DNA from: Flectonema sp. DT1601
Lineage: Eukaryota
Direction: 5' to 3'
NCBI GenBank assembly: GCA_964019425.1
Contig: OZ025797.1
Span: forward strand, 868,001-932,000
DNA: 64,000 nucleotides
Position numbers and translations under genes: made by a program. Positions 19,477 to 32,359 of the stretch are shown here, piece after piece. Numbering within the stretch: the stretch's first letter is position 1; every line of letters starts with the position of its first letter. The notes under the pieces are model-generated. The model saw only the letters and a program-made list of their open reading frames with translations, was not told the origin of the DNA and searched no databases.

Positions 19477-20800
19477 CTATTTTATTGTATTGGGTTACTT
19501 TTTTTTTTTTTTTTTTTTTTTTTTAATACTTGTGTGAGAATTGAAGTGAAACAAGAACACAAACAAAACACACAAAGATATCCTCTTCATTCATATATTC
19601 CTCGTTAGAGTCATCTGAAAAATTATTCAGCTTAGGATTTGGCCTCCAGTAACAACAATATGAAAAATGAATATCTCACTGAATGTTTCAGTGGAGCGCT
19701 GATACCTAAGTTGCTTTGAAACAAAGAGTCGACACAATTCACACAAATTAGTACGTGTCTTTCTGCTTCCACGGAAGCAACAATATAATATTATTATTAT
19801 ATTTAAGAAAGAAAAAAAAGAATTGGCTGTGTCTCAAAACTATACAGAAAATAGTAATATAACACTTGTTGTTGTTTTGTTTGTGCACGAAACCGTGTAC
19901 CGACTTAAACTGATAAAGCTAAAGGAGGTTTACGTGTGCTGCCCAACATTCTTTTTCGTTCTTACAATACTTGTGAAATGCAAAAAAGAAAAAAAAAGGG
20001 AAAATAAGAGGAGAGAGCTATGAACTACCAGGGGGGTGGTATTATCGTTGTTGTTGACACGCAAAAAAAAGATTTTAGACTTATGTTATCTTTCTTATAA
20101 GTCTCGAAATGCTCTAAATAAATAAAAAATAAAAAGCAATCCGAAAAAAGATTGGCACACAATTAAAGTAGAACGTAGGTCAGCAGAAAAGGGCATCATA
20201 GTCTACCGCCGTTTGCGGAAGAATAAATGCAACACCCACTCTGCATTTCTTTCTTGTTTCTTTCAACTTATTTCTGATCAGCTAAGAGTTTGTAACGACC
20301 AGTTTTTTTTGTACGTAAAAAATTAAAAATTCACATTCAGGAAAGCACTCATGGAGACTTTATCTGAATTTCGAATTGTGGATTGACTGTTCACTTCCTT
20401 TGTACAGGTTCCTTTTTAGATTTCTCTTGCTTCTGATTTACGTTTTTTTTTTTTAAATTGTGAACTGAAAACAACTCTCGCAGGTGAAACTGTTTTGTGG
20501 ATCCCCAGCTCATAGACAACAACGTGTTGCAGTGTTGCAAGAGATTTCCAGAAAAGCAGCCATTTTCAAAACAATTATCTTTCTGTGCAAAAGAAGTCAA
20601 AGAGGGGGGTCAATGAATTCCCTCGTGGGTTTTGTCAATTTTTATCTTCCTTTTCTTCTTCTTCCTTATTAAAATATTGTTCCATTGACTCAGTCAATTG
20701 TTTTTGAGAAAAGAAAAAAAAAAAAACAAAGTAACGAATCACATTGGTTCAAACACTATTTAATTGTGCTTCAATAATAGAACAACGTAATCAACGACGA

Positions 20801-22396
20801 TTATATTTCTTTCCAAGGTCCGTAGAAACCACCGTACTTAGACCAGGCAGTTTCTTTACACTCTGGGTCTTTTCCGTGGGGTGCAGTCCAGATTGTTGCC
20901 CGTTCCGTTTCCATGACCTGTTTCATCATTGTTACTATTTCAGGGTTTTGAGCTGCGATGTTGTTATATTCATAAAGATCATCTTTTAAATTAAATAAAC
21001 ATCCTTCAGATGGACATTGTCTCTTGTGATTACTAATTGGATCAGATGCAGTTGTGGTATTTGGGTATTGAGGACCTCCACGAGCATCTTCAATCATCGT
21101 AACACCAGCAGGAACATACTTCCAGTCACCGTGAACAAGTAGGTTTTCGTTTACTAAAATAGTTGTTCTTGGCGATGTGTTATTTTGACCTGAGAGCATT
21201 GGCCACATATCTAATCCATCAATACCAGGAAGACCTGAAGAAGCAGCCCAAGGATCAACAGCAGGTACTCCAGCAAGATTACAGAATGTTGTGTACCAGT
21301 CAGTGATGTGAATTATTCCTTCTTCTTTTGTTCCTCTTCTTGCTGACGGGATGAGTCCTCCAGATGCGAAGGCATTAACACGAATACCACCTTCAAACAT
21401 AGAATATTTACCACCACGAAGTGGCCAGTTTGATGCACCAGTTTCTCCGTTAAAACAGGCTGCTGCATGTCCGATATCAGCACTTTGAGATCCATCAATT
21501 CCTGTAGTGGTATTACAAGGACCATCTTCTGCTAATACGTAACCACCATTATCAGATGAAAGAATCATTAGAGTATTGTCCCACATGTTTAAGTTCTTCA
21601 TAGTGTCAGTAATGTTTTTAAGTTGATCATCTAAGAATGAAATCATACTCCAATAAACTCTTCTATTAATCTGATCAATATCTTTATGTTTATCTTGATA
21701 AGTAGGTGGTGCCTGAAGAGGATAATGCGCAACCTTTGAATCGTACTGAAGAAATAGAGGAACAGATTGATCATGATTGTTTAGAATATCAAGCATTCTG
21801 TGTCTGAATATAAACTCTTCATAACCCGTTCCATTTAAGTGGTTGGCGGGTTTGTCAGTGTCCCAGAAATCGATGATTGACTTTGCTGGGAATGCATGTT
21901 TATGATTCTCAGATCCTAACCATTCAGTCTCAGTCCACATCCAGTTAGCATGACCAAAGTAATTTAAAGAACTATCATATCCTCTTCCTTGAGGAGTGTG
22001 GTGTGGTGTGGTCATACCGGCATCCCATTTACCAACTTGGTGAGTTGCGTATCCAGCCTTTTTTAACTGAGCAGCAACACCAGTCATGTTACGAGGAATA
22101 GCACCAGACTTATCACAAGGATCACATAATTGTGTTAAAACATGAATAGGAAGACGACCACTTTGAAAAGATGATCTAGTTGGTGTACACATCATGTGAA
22201 CATAGTGACGGTTCAGTTCGATTCCCTGCTCTACCAGTCCATCGATTGTTGGTGTCAGTGATTCTCCTGATGGTAATTTAGCACCGTGGTAACCAATATC
22301 ACCCCAGCCGTAATCATCAACAACAACCATAAATATGTTCGGCAGCTTCGATGCTGTTCCAACCAGCAGCGAAGACAACAAGAACGGAATACGCAT
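20801..22396 (-). CDS. Arylsulfatase B-like (formylglycine-dependent, S1) sulfatase, secreted/lysosomal, 531 aa, intronless
   Basis: Signal peptide; PNIFMVVVDDYGW; CTPTR formylglycine motif; GYATHQVGKW; HYPLQAP; NTLMILSSDNGG; SNWPLRGGKYSMFEGGIRV; HITDWYTT; LFNLKDDLYE. Confidence 0.95.
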   Translation of the reverse strand: MRIPFLLSSLLVGTASKLPNIFMVVVDDYGWGDIGYHGAKLPSGESLTPTIDGLVEQGIELNRHYVHMMCTPTRSSFQSGRLPIHVLTQLCDPCDKSGAIPRNMTGVAAQLKKAGYATHQVGKWDAGMTTPHHTPQGRGYDSSLNYFGHANWMWTETEWLGSENHKHAFPAKSIIDFWDTDKPANHLNGTGYEEFIFRHRMLDILNNHDQSVPLFLQYDSKVAHYPLQAPPTYQDKHKDIDQINRRVYWSMISFLDDQLKNITDTMKNLNMWDNTLMILSSDNGGYVLAEDGPCNTTTGIDGSQSADIGHAAACFNGETGASNWPLRGGKYSMFEGGIRVNAFASGGLIPSARRGTKEEGIIHITDWYTTFCNLAGVPAVDPWAASSGLPGIDGLDMWPMLSGQNNTSPRTTILVNENLLVHGDWKYVPAGVTMIEDARGGPQYPNTTTASDPISNHKRQCPSEGCLFNLKDDLYEYNNIAAQNPEIVTMMKQVMETERATIWTAPHGKDPECKETAWSKYGGFYGPWKEI

Positions 22397-22943
22397 TTTT
22401 TTCTGATTTCTATTTGCCGAATGAACAACATAATCACCTCGCTATACCAAAATAATAATTACGAAAAGTGTGTGATGATTGGGGCGGAATTGTATTCATT
22501 CAGAACTTCAACTGATAAATTGTTTTTTTCTTTTTTTCTTTTTTTTTTTTTTGCTGTCGTTTAGTAGTACAACGATCTCATGAACATGTGTGCATGAGGG
22601 AGGGCAGCCGAGCTGATAAAATTTCGTTTCTTCTTTCGTTCTTATTTTCCGTTGATCGTTTTTGAGTTTTTCCCCCCCCTCCCCGAGATGATCCTTTTGA
22701 AACAACTATCTGTCGAAATTTTTCACACATCGAAACGATGTACTTGATATGTGTTTTTATTCATTTATTCGCATCACTTAGGCATGTTGGATGCTTGCCT
22801 TACAAATCGCAATTACAGTCACTCACGCAGTTGGTATCTGCGACAGTCTCTTAGACCGAAATCTGATTTCGGGCGGCAATAAATTACGCACACCCTTTTT
22901 CTTAATGCAGCAACACAATTATTTGTTAACTGAGGCGTCTTGT

Positions 22944-23612
22944 CTAACTGCTACTACTGCTGCTGCTGCTACTGCTGCTGTCGTCATTATCAAAAGTTGT
23001 ATGTTTTCCCTCACCCGAGTGAGTTAGACATTGTGGAGTATCATCAACTGGTTTGTTTGAGAACCCAAGACCTAATCCACGTTTCTTCTTAGAAAGTCTT
23101 GCCTCCTTATCTTGTTTCTCAAGGTCGTTGTTAATCTTATCAGCTGTAGCTTTGTCAAGAGAATTAGGAATGACTGGTTTCAAGTTTTGCAGTTTTGCAG
23201 GAAGAAATATCTGAAACTTTCCTTTTCTAACCATAAGAGCTCCTGTTGGATCAGTTTCAACTTTGCTGCCTGCAAAGAAGGATGTGCTGTCTTGCTGTGC
23301 GGCTTCTTTCTTAGCTCCAATAAGTTTTTGAAACTTTTCATTCGATTTCGTGTCACCCAAATCAGCCTTACTCCAGTCGTTCCTTTTGGTACGTTTATCG
23401 GATGGTGGTGATGATTCTCTGGAGCGTTTTTCCTTCTTATTCTTCTTCTCTTTCTTATCCTTTTTGTCTTTCTTTTCCTTCTTCTCCTTCTTTGGTGGGA
23501 CTGCAATAACTTCCTTCTCCTTCTTCTTGTCCTTCTTTTCCTTTTTCTCCTTCTTTACCTTTTCCTCCTTCTTCTCTTTTTTGTCCTTCTTTTCCTTCTT
23601 CTCCTTCGCCAT
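22944..23612 (-). CDS. Lys-rich protein with SMAP (small acidic protein-like) domain, KNOP1/C11orf58-like, likely nucleolar
   Basis: ATG at 23612 (MAKEKK); KKE/KKD repeats; NDWSKADLGD...EKFQKLIGAKK and KINNDLEKQ...RGLGLGF fit the SMAP pattern. Confidence 0.8.
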   Translation of the reverse strand: MAKEKKEKKDKKEKKEEKVKKEKKEKKDKKKEKEVIAVPPKKEKKEKKDKKDKKEKKNKKEKRSRESSPPSDKRTKRNDWSKADLGDTKSNEKFQKLIGAKKEAAQQDSTSFFAGSKVETDPTGALMVRKGKFQIFLPAKLQNLKPVIPNSLDKATADKINNDLEKQDKEARLSKKKRGLGLGFSNKPVDDTPQCLTHSGEGKHTTFDNDDSSSSSSSSSSS

Positions 23613-24083
23613 TGTTTTTGATAACTCCAACTGAAGTAAAAGACTTGTTATTTATTATAACACTAATTAGATAGAGAGTTTACGACTGTCTATAGTGCCT
23701 TCAGTAACCTTGAGATATCATAACTGGATAGAAAGAGTAATAATAACATATCTCAGGGGTCATCATAACTTCGTAAAACAGGTCATTAGACTGACAGTAG
23801 TAAACAACACTCGTATGGGTTATCGCCCCTGGTGTCTCTCTCATAGTTCTCTCGCACGCAGGCTGCAGGAAGACAATGGGGTGAAAAAAATTAGTCCCAA
23901 AACACGAAAATTCTTGTCGCCATATCTCCGTATCAATGTAACGAATTGTCCGTTGTACGCAATCAGACAACGAGTAGGGGAGGGGAAGCTTCTCAAGGAT
24001 AAACACTATTAGTTTCTGGTACACACTAAGGTTCGGATCGATTTTCTATCAAACTTGAAGTGCTAACAAATGGATCTGACAAC

Positions 24084-24760
24084 CTACTGGGAAGTAGCAG
24101 CGGCCTTACGCGCTTCGATCTTCTCCTTCTGCTGTCTCGCGATCTCACGCTGTGTTTATTTGTTACGTACTTGAGCAACACAAACATTGGTACAAACCTG
24201 ATGAGGTTTTACCAAGAGATGGGTTCCAAAAAATAAAGAATAAGTTAACACAAACCTGCTTCTCAAATTCCTCACGATGTTTCTGCAACAAGATCTTTCT
24301 TTGCTGAAGACGTTCTGTTTATTTGTTATTTATATTGCGAATACAATGAATGAGAACACATGAAATATAATTACAAACCATTAACAGCGTCTAAGTCAAT
24401 AGAATCAGCAGAGACAGCAGGGGTATTTTGAACTGGAGTGGCTGGTGTTGATGTGGTATTTACTGCAGCCATGCCGACATTAGCAACTTGCTCGTAAGGT
24501 TGCTGTTGTTGTTGTTGCTGTTGTTGTTGCTGCTGTTGTTGTTGTTGTTGTTGCTGATGCATGTCCTGCTGTGGAGCTGCTTGCATCTGCTGGGCTCCAT
24601 CAAGAGATTCCATTGACTGCTGCGGCATTCCCATGTCAGGCGATGGCGGTTGAATTCCATCTTGAGGATTACCCCACTGCTGTTGTGGCTCTCCCCACTG
24701 ACCTTCTTGTGTTCCACCAAACTGCTGCTGCTGGAAAGGATCTTGACCAAGTTCTGCCAT
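24084..24760 (-). CDS. Gln-rich protein with C-terminal coiled coil, 168 aa, 3 exons (weak clathrin-light-chain-like layout)
   Basis: Exons 24760-24379, 24314-24256, 24149-24084; introns 24315-24378 and 24150-24255 (GTTTGT...CAG) give ...DAVNE RLQQRKILLQKHREEFEKQ REIARQQKEKIEARKAAATSQ*. PolyQ tract at ~24500-24555. Confidence 0.8.
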
Positions 24761-24943
24761 TCTATTAATATAAAATAACTGTAACGAAATTACATTTATT
24801 AAGGAAAGAAAACTACATCACGCAAGAAACATTAATAATAAATCAGTTAAAACTAAAAAGCAACAAGTGTAAATGAGGAGCAACCTCTTGGTACATAAAC
24901 AGATGGGCAGAACTCATAACAGAATAAGAGACAGATTGAATTG

Positions 24944-27900
24944 TTAAGAGAAGTCATTATTAGGACAAAGTACCATAGCTTCACCTTTTCCTTTGTAGGC
25001 CAAAACTTCACTCGGTAAGTTTTTAGTGAGTTGACCATCAAATGAGTTAAATATATCCTGACACGATACCGTTCTCACAGATTTCGACGGATTGTAAGAA
25101 TGAAATAGAACTTCTCCTTCGCAAACGCATCCCTCCGGGGAGGCTGTAGTGATATAACAACGAGCGTGTGCCGCTGGGTTGAATACAAAACCAGCAGTGC
25201 TGCCTCCCATTAATGGCACAACTCCCCATGCTTCTCCCCAGTATCGACGTTTTCGATAGTCTTGGCCCCAGTTGCTAACTCCACAACGAAATCCATTATA
25301 AGAACATTCACAGATTGGTCGAGTGCACATTGCTGGATCCCTCATTCGAGATACGTATGAAAGACATTGTCCGTATCCCTGTTTATTATTTTATTATTGA
25401 AAAATAATGCTAAAGACTGACAGAACACTTTCTTATTAAAACAAAACACAAACCTCATCAGGTACTCCGCAATCTTGCATCGAAGCTCTAACGAGAGTAG
25501 CAGATGGAAGCGTTGGTACCATTGTTCTCTTTGACACTGCGAGTAGCTCTGCTTGTGAAAGATCACCGTTCCACTGTTGTTGATTTTATTTATAACAACT
25601 ACATCAGTACTTTACTGTTTCTTAAATAGAATATGAATACATACCAGGTAGAATTGCTTTACTTTGCCTATAAAAAATGTACCATTGTAGTTGGGTTTCC
25701 CAACCCAGTTATCTACGCGAGTTGCAAGTTGAGGAGTGATGACAGGAGCGATGTGGGTTCGAACTTGATCGATGTACAGATTAGCGTATCCCTGCGGCAT
25801 TGATCCCCAAACCTTTGTAGTCATGTCTGCCTTATGACGAACACCAACATGGTGCCACTGACCATCGACGGGGATATTTGGACCACTCGGAAATACTCGT
25901 TTCCAAAGTGCCCAATGTTGAGTAGTTGAGGCACATGTAGAAGTTGCTGTGTCTGGAGGTGGACACTTCCCAGAACTTACTGCCCAGGCACCGCAAGACC
26001 CACCAGCACATCCACAGATTCCTTTCCCCCTGTCACAAGGAATTATTGAACACTCTACGTTAGTTAAGTCTCCAGTTGGTTTATCTAAAGTATTAAAGAA
26101 ATAAGCTCCTCCATCTCTCTGTGTTGATGCTCTGTATGATGGAGTGTTCGCTAATGCTATGTACGTATACCCACCTTCAACAGCAAATGGAATGAGGTCA
26201 ACCAGATTACCTCCAATGTCGGAGTAGTAGCTACCAGATGACTCATAAAACATTGGTCCTGAACTGTTACTATAACAACCAACAAATGACATATATTCAT
26301 TCTCAATTATCTCATTTGGTACGCCAAATGCTCCAGTCATTGCTGGGACGCCACCAATTTCTGGGTCTGCGAAGCCACTTTTCGTATGTTCGTAGGCTCC
26401 CTCTTCCTCAACTCGATAAACAATACTTCCTGTTGATTCTAAGAACTTGAAGTACGCGCGGTGTTCTCGCGGAGCATTTGCAAAATCAATAACAACGGAA
26501 TTAGAAGGTGTGTCTTTCTCAAGTTTAATCCAGAATGACCAGGTTAAGTCACCACCTCCAAAGGTTGTTGGTGCTATTCGACCTATTCCATCAGGGAATG
26601 TGAATTCGTCACCAGCACCTGATAAGTACGCACCGCAGTCAGCTTTTTGTGTGTAGGATTCGGTGAATGACGCCGTCATGGTTGTGTCTAGTTCGCTGTA
26701 ATTTGCATTTTCAGTCCACCCTCCAGATGGTATCAAGTCAGTGTGTGTAGGACAGCCGAGTGTCATTTCTATTAATCCATGAAATTGACCACTGTCTGAG
26801 TCATTATGACACCTTCCCAACACTGAAATATCTCCATTTTCAAAAGGACCTTCGTATAATGTGATTTCACCTTTTGCAACTTCTGTGTGTTGAACTGCGA
26901 TACGAGCTCCTGTGATTTTTTATTTTTTGTATTTCAAACGACCAAAATTTTCAGAGGGAAAAAGTCCGACGATTATTATTTAAATTATGAATATAACACA
27001 AACCTATTACCGTTGTGTTTGCATTCTTGATTTCAATATCTTTGAAGCCAATCCATCCATTAGTACATATTACTGTAGAACAATGATCATCAATCATATC
27101 GAGGTATACTTTGTGTCCTGTGATCTTTCTAAGTTCCCACGATGTGAATTCGAGAACCTCTTCTCCAGTGCTATTCATAGCAAATGTGGTGCTGTTTTTT
27201 TTGTTATTCGTTTATATAAATTATAAAACTGGGTAAGTAAACATAAATCGTTTGAATGTTTGAAAGGTTAGACGACATTAACAAGTAACGCGTACATACC
27301 GATGCTTTGCTAGGATGTACTTACGGAAATGGATGTCATAAAGAGCGATTCCCGCAAATCCAGTACCATAAACGTCACGCATACCAACAATGTCTTGCTT
27401 TGAACCAGCAGTTCCAAATGATGATACTTTTATTCTAGTTGATGACGTTAATACAAGTGGAGGTGTTCTTAAGTATGAAGTAATGTGAAGTTTTGATTTG
27501 TTTTCATCAACGATGACACAATTTCCTCCTTCTTGACATCGGGTTGTGGAAGCTATCCAAGGACCAACAACTGTTGGAATTGTTGTTAAGATTTCATAAT
27601 TATAATAACGCAATGACGTAGTCGGACCAACAGCTGTGTTGATATCACATCGAAGAGCGTAGCGAGTTTTTGGATTGAATGTGACTCCAGATCTGAGAGC
27701 TGTTCCTCCCCATTCTCCAATGGCGATTCCATAACCAGAAGCTGCAGGGTAGATCCACGAAGTGAGAACTCCTGGTCCACATCCTTTTCCCCCAAATGAT
27801 ATTATAGCTTGATCACCACTTGGTAATGTGTCAATAGTAATATAGCCTTCGAATGTTATTCCATCATCTCCCATGTTTGGAGCAAATCCAACTGCAGTTA

Positions 27901-30900
27901 TCAACGAACGAGTATTCTTCTTCCCAATACATCCTCCAGTACATGCAAATGATCTCAATAATTCTCCACTTCGTGTCTTAACGTCAGTTGGATCGATTAT
28001 TTTCATTCCCACTTTAACAATATCCCTGTCTTCTACTTGTCCGTTCCAGATTGCAACATCTCTTACTGCACCTGTTTTGTATGTTTTTTATACAATAAAG
28101 TTATGCGCGTATTGTTGTTGGTGTTTCACAAGGTAAATAAATTATAACAAAAAAAAAAGAACGTTTAAGTATGAAAACACACCTTCTAAATTTTGATAAA
28201 GTGAATTTTTTGATTTTCCCAAATTGCAATCTCTTGGAACAGATTTTGGGTGTTTCACAAAAGGACCACCGAAATACTTTGTGGATAACAAGGTTTCAAC
28301 AGTTTGAATTTCTTCATCAGATAAAGACTTTTGATAAGTTAGTATCTCTGCGATCTGACCAGAGAATTTCGTGGAATCCTCACTCTGATCTAAAGTACTC
28401 TTACCAGCTATAATTGTTGGGCCAGTTCCAGACTGACGTGATTGTGAGTATCGAATATGATTAAAGTGAGTGTCTGTTATGTTTACTGCTCGCTGTTGTT
28501 GAACGTGTCCATTAACACGAAGTTGAATTGAAGAATGAAATGATATCGAACAGGTTATTAACACCCAGCCATTATCTCCAGGTGGATTCCATGATGAAAA
28601 TGATGTCAGGGAAGCTCCTCCATCAGGTTTACCTGCGAAACATGTAACTCTGTCTAGTGAAACGATGATACCAAAACTTGATGCAGCATCAATCAGATAA
28701 GGAGTGACTGACTCAGATTCAGAACTTGGTGGTAATGGTTTTACTATCGCAAACACTACAACTCCAGCAGTAGTATCGCCACTCCATGTTTGATGAAGCG
28801 ACGCTTCAACACGCATTGGAGAAGAAGAATGATTTTGACCAAATAACATAGCTGGCCACTTCCCTTCAGGCGTCACGGCATTCACAAACAGTGGTTGTCC
28901 ATAAGAGTCAATTTGCGCTTCATTGTTCCTTACAGACTTATCATTCCAAGTAATTACAGAAGTGTTTGAACTATTGTAGTTGTCAGCTGATAGCCACAAA
29001 GATATTTCCCATTCTCGTGGCATTTCAATATTCGAACTGGGTCCAAACGGTGCCAACCCAATCGGCTCTAAATCATAAGAAATTGTAACAGCTCCAGAAT
29101 CTCTGTGAACAACACCAAAATGATGAAATCCTCCATCTGCGGGAAAACCATTAAATAACACTGTAGCATTACTTGTCTGGTCTTGAGGTGCATAAGGCCA
29201 TGCGGAAACAGCAGTAGGACCAACTGTATAGATTAACCAAGAATTATTATTCTTCAACACAGTTAAAGACACTTGATCTTCTCCAAGTCCATTTTGACAA
29301 TCGTATATGACTTCAGGAAGAGGATCAACATGAGTAATCTCATCAGTGAATGTTAAACTTACTGTTCCGTTGGAATCAGGTGCTTGTTTTGATGTGTAGT
29401 TACAAACAAAAGCTGGTTGAGATAATTTGCAATTTAGTGGAGCCCACTCCCCTTGTGCAGCACATGAAGTATGTTTTGCATACATGTAAGCACATCCTCC
29501 TGTACCAGTAACTGGATGATCACCAGTACATTCCCAGTTTTGATATCCAAAAATTGTAGAATGAGGAGGAGGCATTGCAGTAGTTGCTGTCAGGGTTACA
29601 GTTGGAGTAAACCATCCGGCTTCTGTTTCATCAGTCCAATGAAATCTTGAGGATGTCCTGTCAAAGGTTGCGTTTATAACATCTGAGTCTGTTCGTGAAA
29701 GACCTATCCAGGCTCCCAGAAGTTGGTTGTTTGATTTTAACATTTTCAACACAACTCTATTCACACCACCTGAGTGAATCGATACCAAATCACCACCCCA
29801 ACGAGAACAGATGTCTCTCGCACCTTCAAAATCAGTTGTTGTTTCAACCAGAGCTAATCCTGTTCCAGCAGAGCACTCTTGATACTTTCCAGGAACATTA
29901 TAATAACATTGCCATGATACTTCCCATGTGCCTGCGGTTGATAGTTTCTCAACACTGATAGAGGGTGACATCTCTTTAGGCCAATCAGCCTGTAAAATAT
30001 TAACACAACGAGGATTTATTTCTGATTCAAACTCAACAACATAAGAAGCAACACGAGCACTACAACCAAGACCAGAAGTGTATTCACCGCAGGAAGCTCC
30101 AGCACAGGTGGTGTCATCACCATCCATTGCATGAGTCGCATTTAGAAAATTACCTGGTCTCGTTATTCGAAGTAAATCATGAGAATGCGCTGGTAAAATA
30201 GTAACGGATCCGGTAACATTAATCTCATGGTTGCAATCATCGTCGCTGTACCATTTCATTTCACATATCCTCCAGGTGATAGCCACGTCATCCAAGTGAG
30301 TCAGCCTCCAAATATTATTACTTTTTCTCGTTGATTTCGGTGGTTTCTTACGAAACCATCCAGAGAAAGAGTGTGAACCTTCTATTTTAGTGATGCCTAA
30401 GCCTCCACCATAACCACTTGTTTTGCTTTCATGTCGAGTCAGGGCGTTGAAATAAGTACCCAAAGTTGCGTTGTACTCCGTGTCGTTGGATTTCTCAACG
30501 CTGAATTCGATGAGGGGTTCCCAAAAGTCGCTGAGAATTTGAACTCCGTCAGCTTCACAAGTTGCTCGACGACCACCCGATTGAGAAAATGATTCTACCA
30601 GTCCAACGTAAAAAGTTGTAACATTTAGAAATCCAACTTCAACATTGGAATCAACGTACTGCGTTTCCAGACAAGATGAGAAACACCTACAGAATGTACC
30701 ACTGCTGTTTAGGTAATAGTCTCCGTATGTGGCTAACTTACCAGAGCAGAAATCTCTACAAGAACACAAAGTAAAAGAATAATCCTCCTGACTACCTAAC
30801 AAGTATGCATCATCATCAGAACATGTAGTCGCAGGAAGGGTCATTAGCATGTGTGATGAGGATCCATTTGCACTCAGAGCTGGACCACTGCATGGTATTT

Positions 30901-32359
30901 CATAAAGACTGCATGTAGATGTGTGACTGAAGTAGTCAACAGCATTACAATTGATATCAGACTCGCATTGAATATAACAATCAGAGAGACTACTGGCATC
31001 TGTTGTTGTGATGAGACCACCAGTTCCATTAGTGTTCGTACCACATGCGTAGTCTTCAGATATTATATTCCACTTCCTAGAAGTAAATAATATCTCTGGA
31101 CAAGGAGTACAAACATGTCCATAAGGCCCACAAGACTGTTCTGTTAAAGTCAAAGTCTCAAATGGTGGAGTGCAGGCACACACTCGAAGACGAGTTCCAT
31201 TACCTCCTCCCATTGTTGGATTCGTATCACAACCTGAGTCAGTGCTGTAGGTTAGTTGATGTCCAGCAGCATTCCATAAACAGCCATCACTGTTGTATGA
31301 TTGACGTTTACTTGCAATATTCAATCCTAATCTCTGTTGGACGTCTTCACATGCTTCAGAACTCTTCCCGAATTCTATCATCCCTTCATCGCAGTCACCT
31401 CCAATTAACTCTTGACATATCATCGGGCAGGTCTCTTCACCAGGTCCGAGATAAAGACATTTTCCATTATACGCAGCACCATAGTCGTCGAATATATATT
31501 CAGTCTTTACCGTGTAAGCTAAGTTTAATGTAGTCGCCATTGGACAAGTGGTGTCTGTTGGGCTGTTGATTGCTGCGAGGACTTGACTATCCATAAATGA
31601 TGAATAAATTAACAAATCTTTAATAGACCCGATAAAGGCTGCTGGCTGCATTCCATATCCTAAACTAACACCAGAATGAGATGATTGAAAAGAGACATCA
31701 CTTTGATGTCCAATTAAAATACCATCAATTTCAAAATATACTTCCTCAAGAATATGAGAATACGATGCGAGAACACGAACCCATTTATAGAGATGAACTT
31801 TTGTTCCCTTAATGCTAGTTAGCTCTGTTCCGTTACCAACATTAAGCAACCAATGTCCGTTTGATATCTGTAAAGAGTAACCTGTAGGAGTGACACCTTC
31901 AGTTGATATTATAATTTGTCTTCTATTTGAGGAAGCAGGTCTAACACTAACAGCTAACGTCCATGAATAACGTTGTTGAGATTCCGTGTGTGATAATAGT
32001 GTTTGATCTTCTGTACCACCTTTAAAAGTTTGTAGAGTTGATTGATCAACAGTAGGGGATAGCCTTACTAAGAATGTTTCTGTTTCATTATTTAGTATTC
32101 CCGGCTGTAGTCTTCTCTCCAATACAGGACAAGCTTCATATGAAATACAATTACCATTTGACATAAATGTGAATGCCGTACAATTTCCTCCATCGTTAGA
32201 ACACAGACCCTCACATGAATCGATGTCAGTAATGCTACTCCAAGTGTCTCCTTCAGCCCATAGTGGACAGGTCCATCCTGATGCTATTTTTACTGATGAG
32301 CCGTTAGAAGGTATCAACAATACCGATAATAATAATGTTGTTGGTAGTAATCTACCCAT
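24944..32359 (-). CDS. Large secreted mosaic protein, ~2,318 aa, 6 exons: PAN/apple-like, several LamG/ConA-like, C-type lectin and WSC-like domains
   Basis: Signal peptide MGRLLPTTLLLSVLLIPSNG. Exons 32359-28183, 28071-27300, 27191-27004, 26909-25645, 25573-25454, 25378-24944 total 6,957 nt in frame and join five track ORFs. CTL: FEGARDIC..WGGDLVSIHS...WIGL...W...NW...C...W....C....FVC. LamG: FIGSIKDLLIY, FSGQIAEILTY, WHHVGV...LYID...FIGKVKQFYL|WNGDLS. No C-terminal TM seen. Confidence 0.88.

Noticed and set aside
23695..24024. Overlapping 105-107 aa ORFs on both strands
   Set aside because: They fall in the short gap between two genes, the minus ORF starts with GTG, and neither has motifs; likely UTR.
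24084..24760. Clathrin light chain assignment
   Set aside because: Layout is similar, but the conserved Trp-containing central and C-terminal motifs are missing, so no symbol is given.
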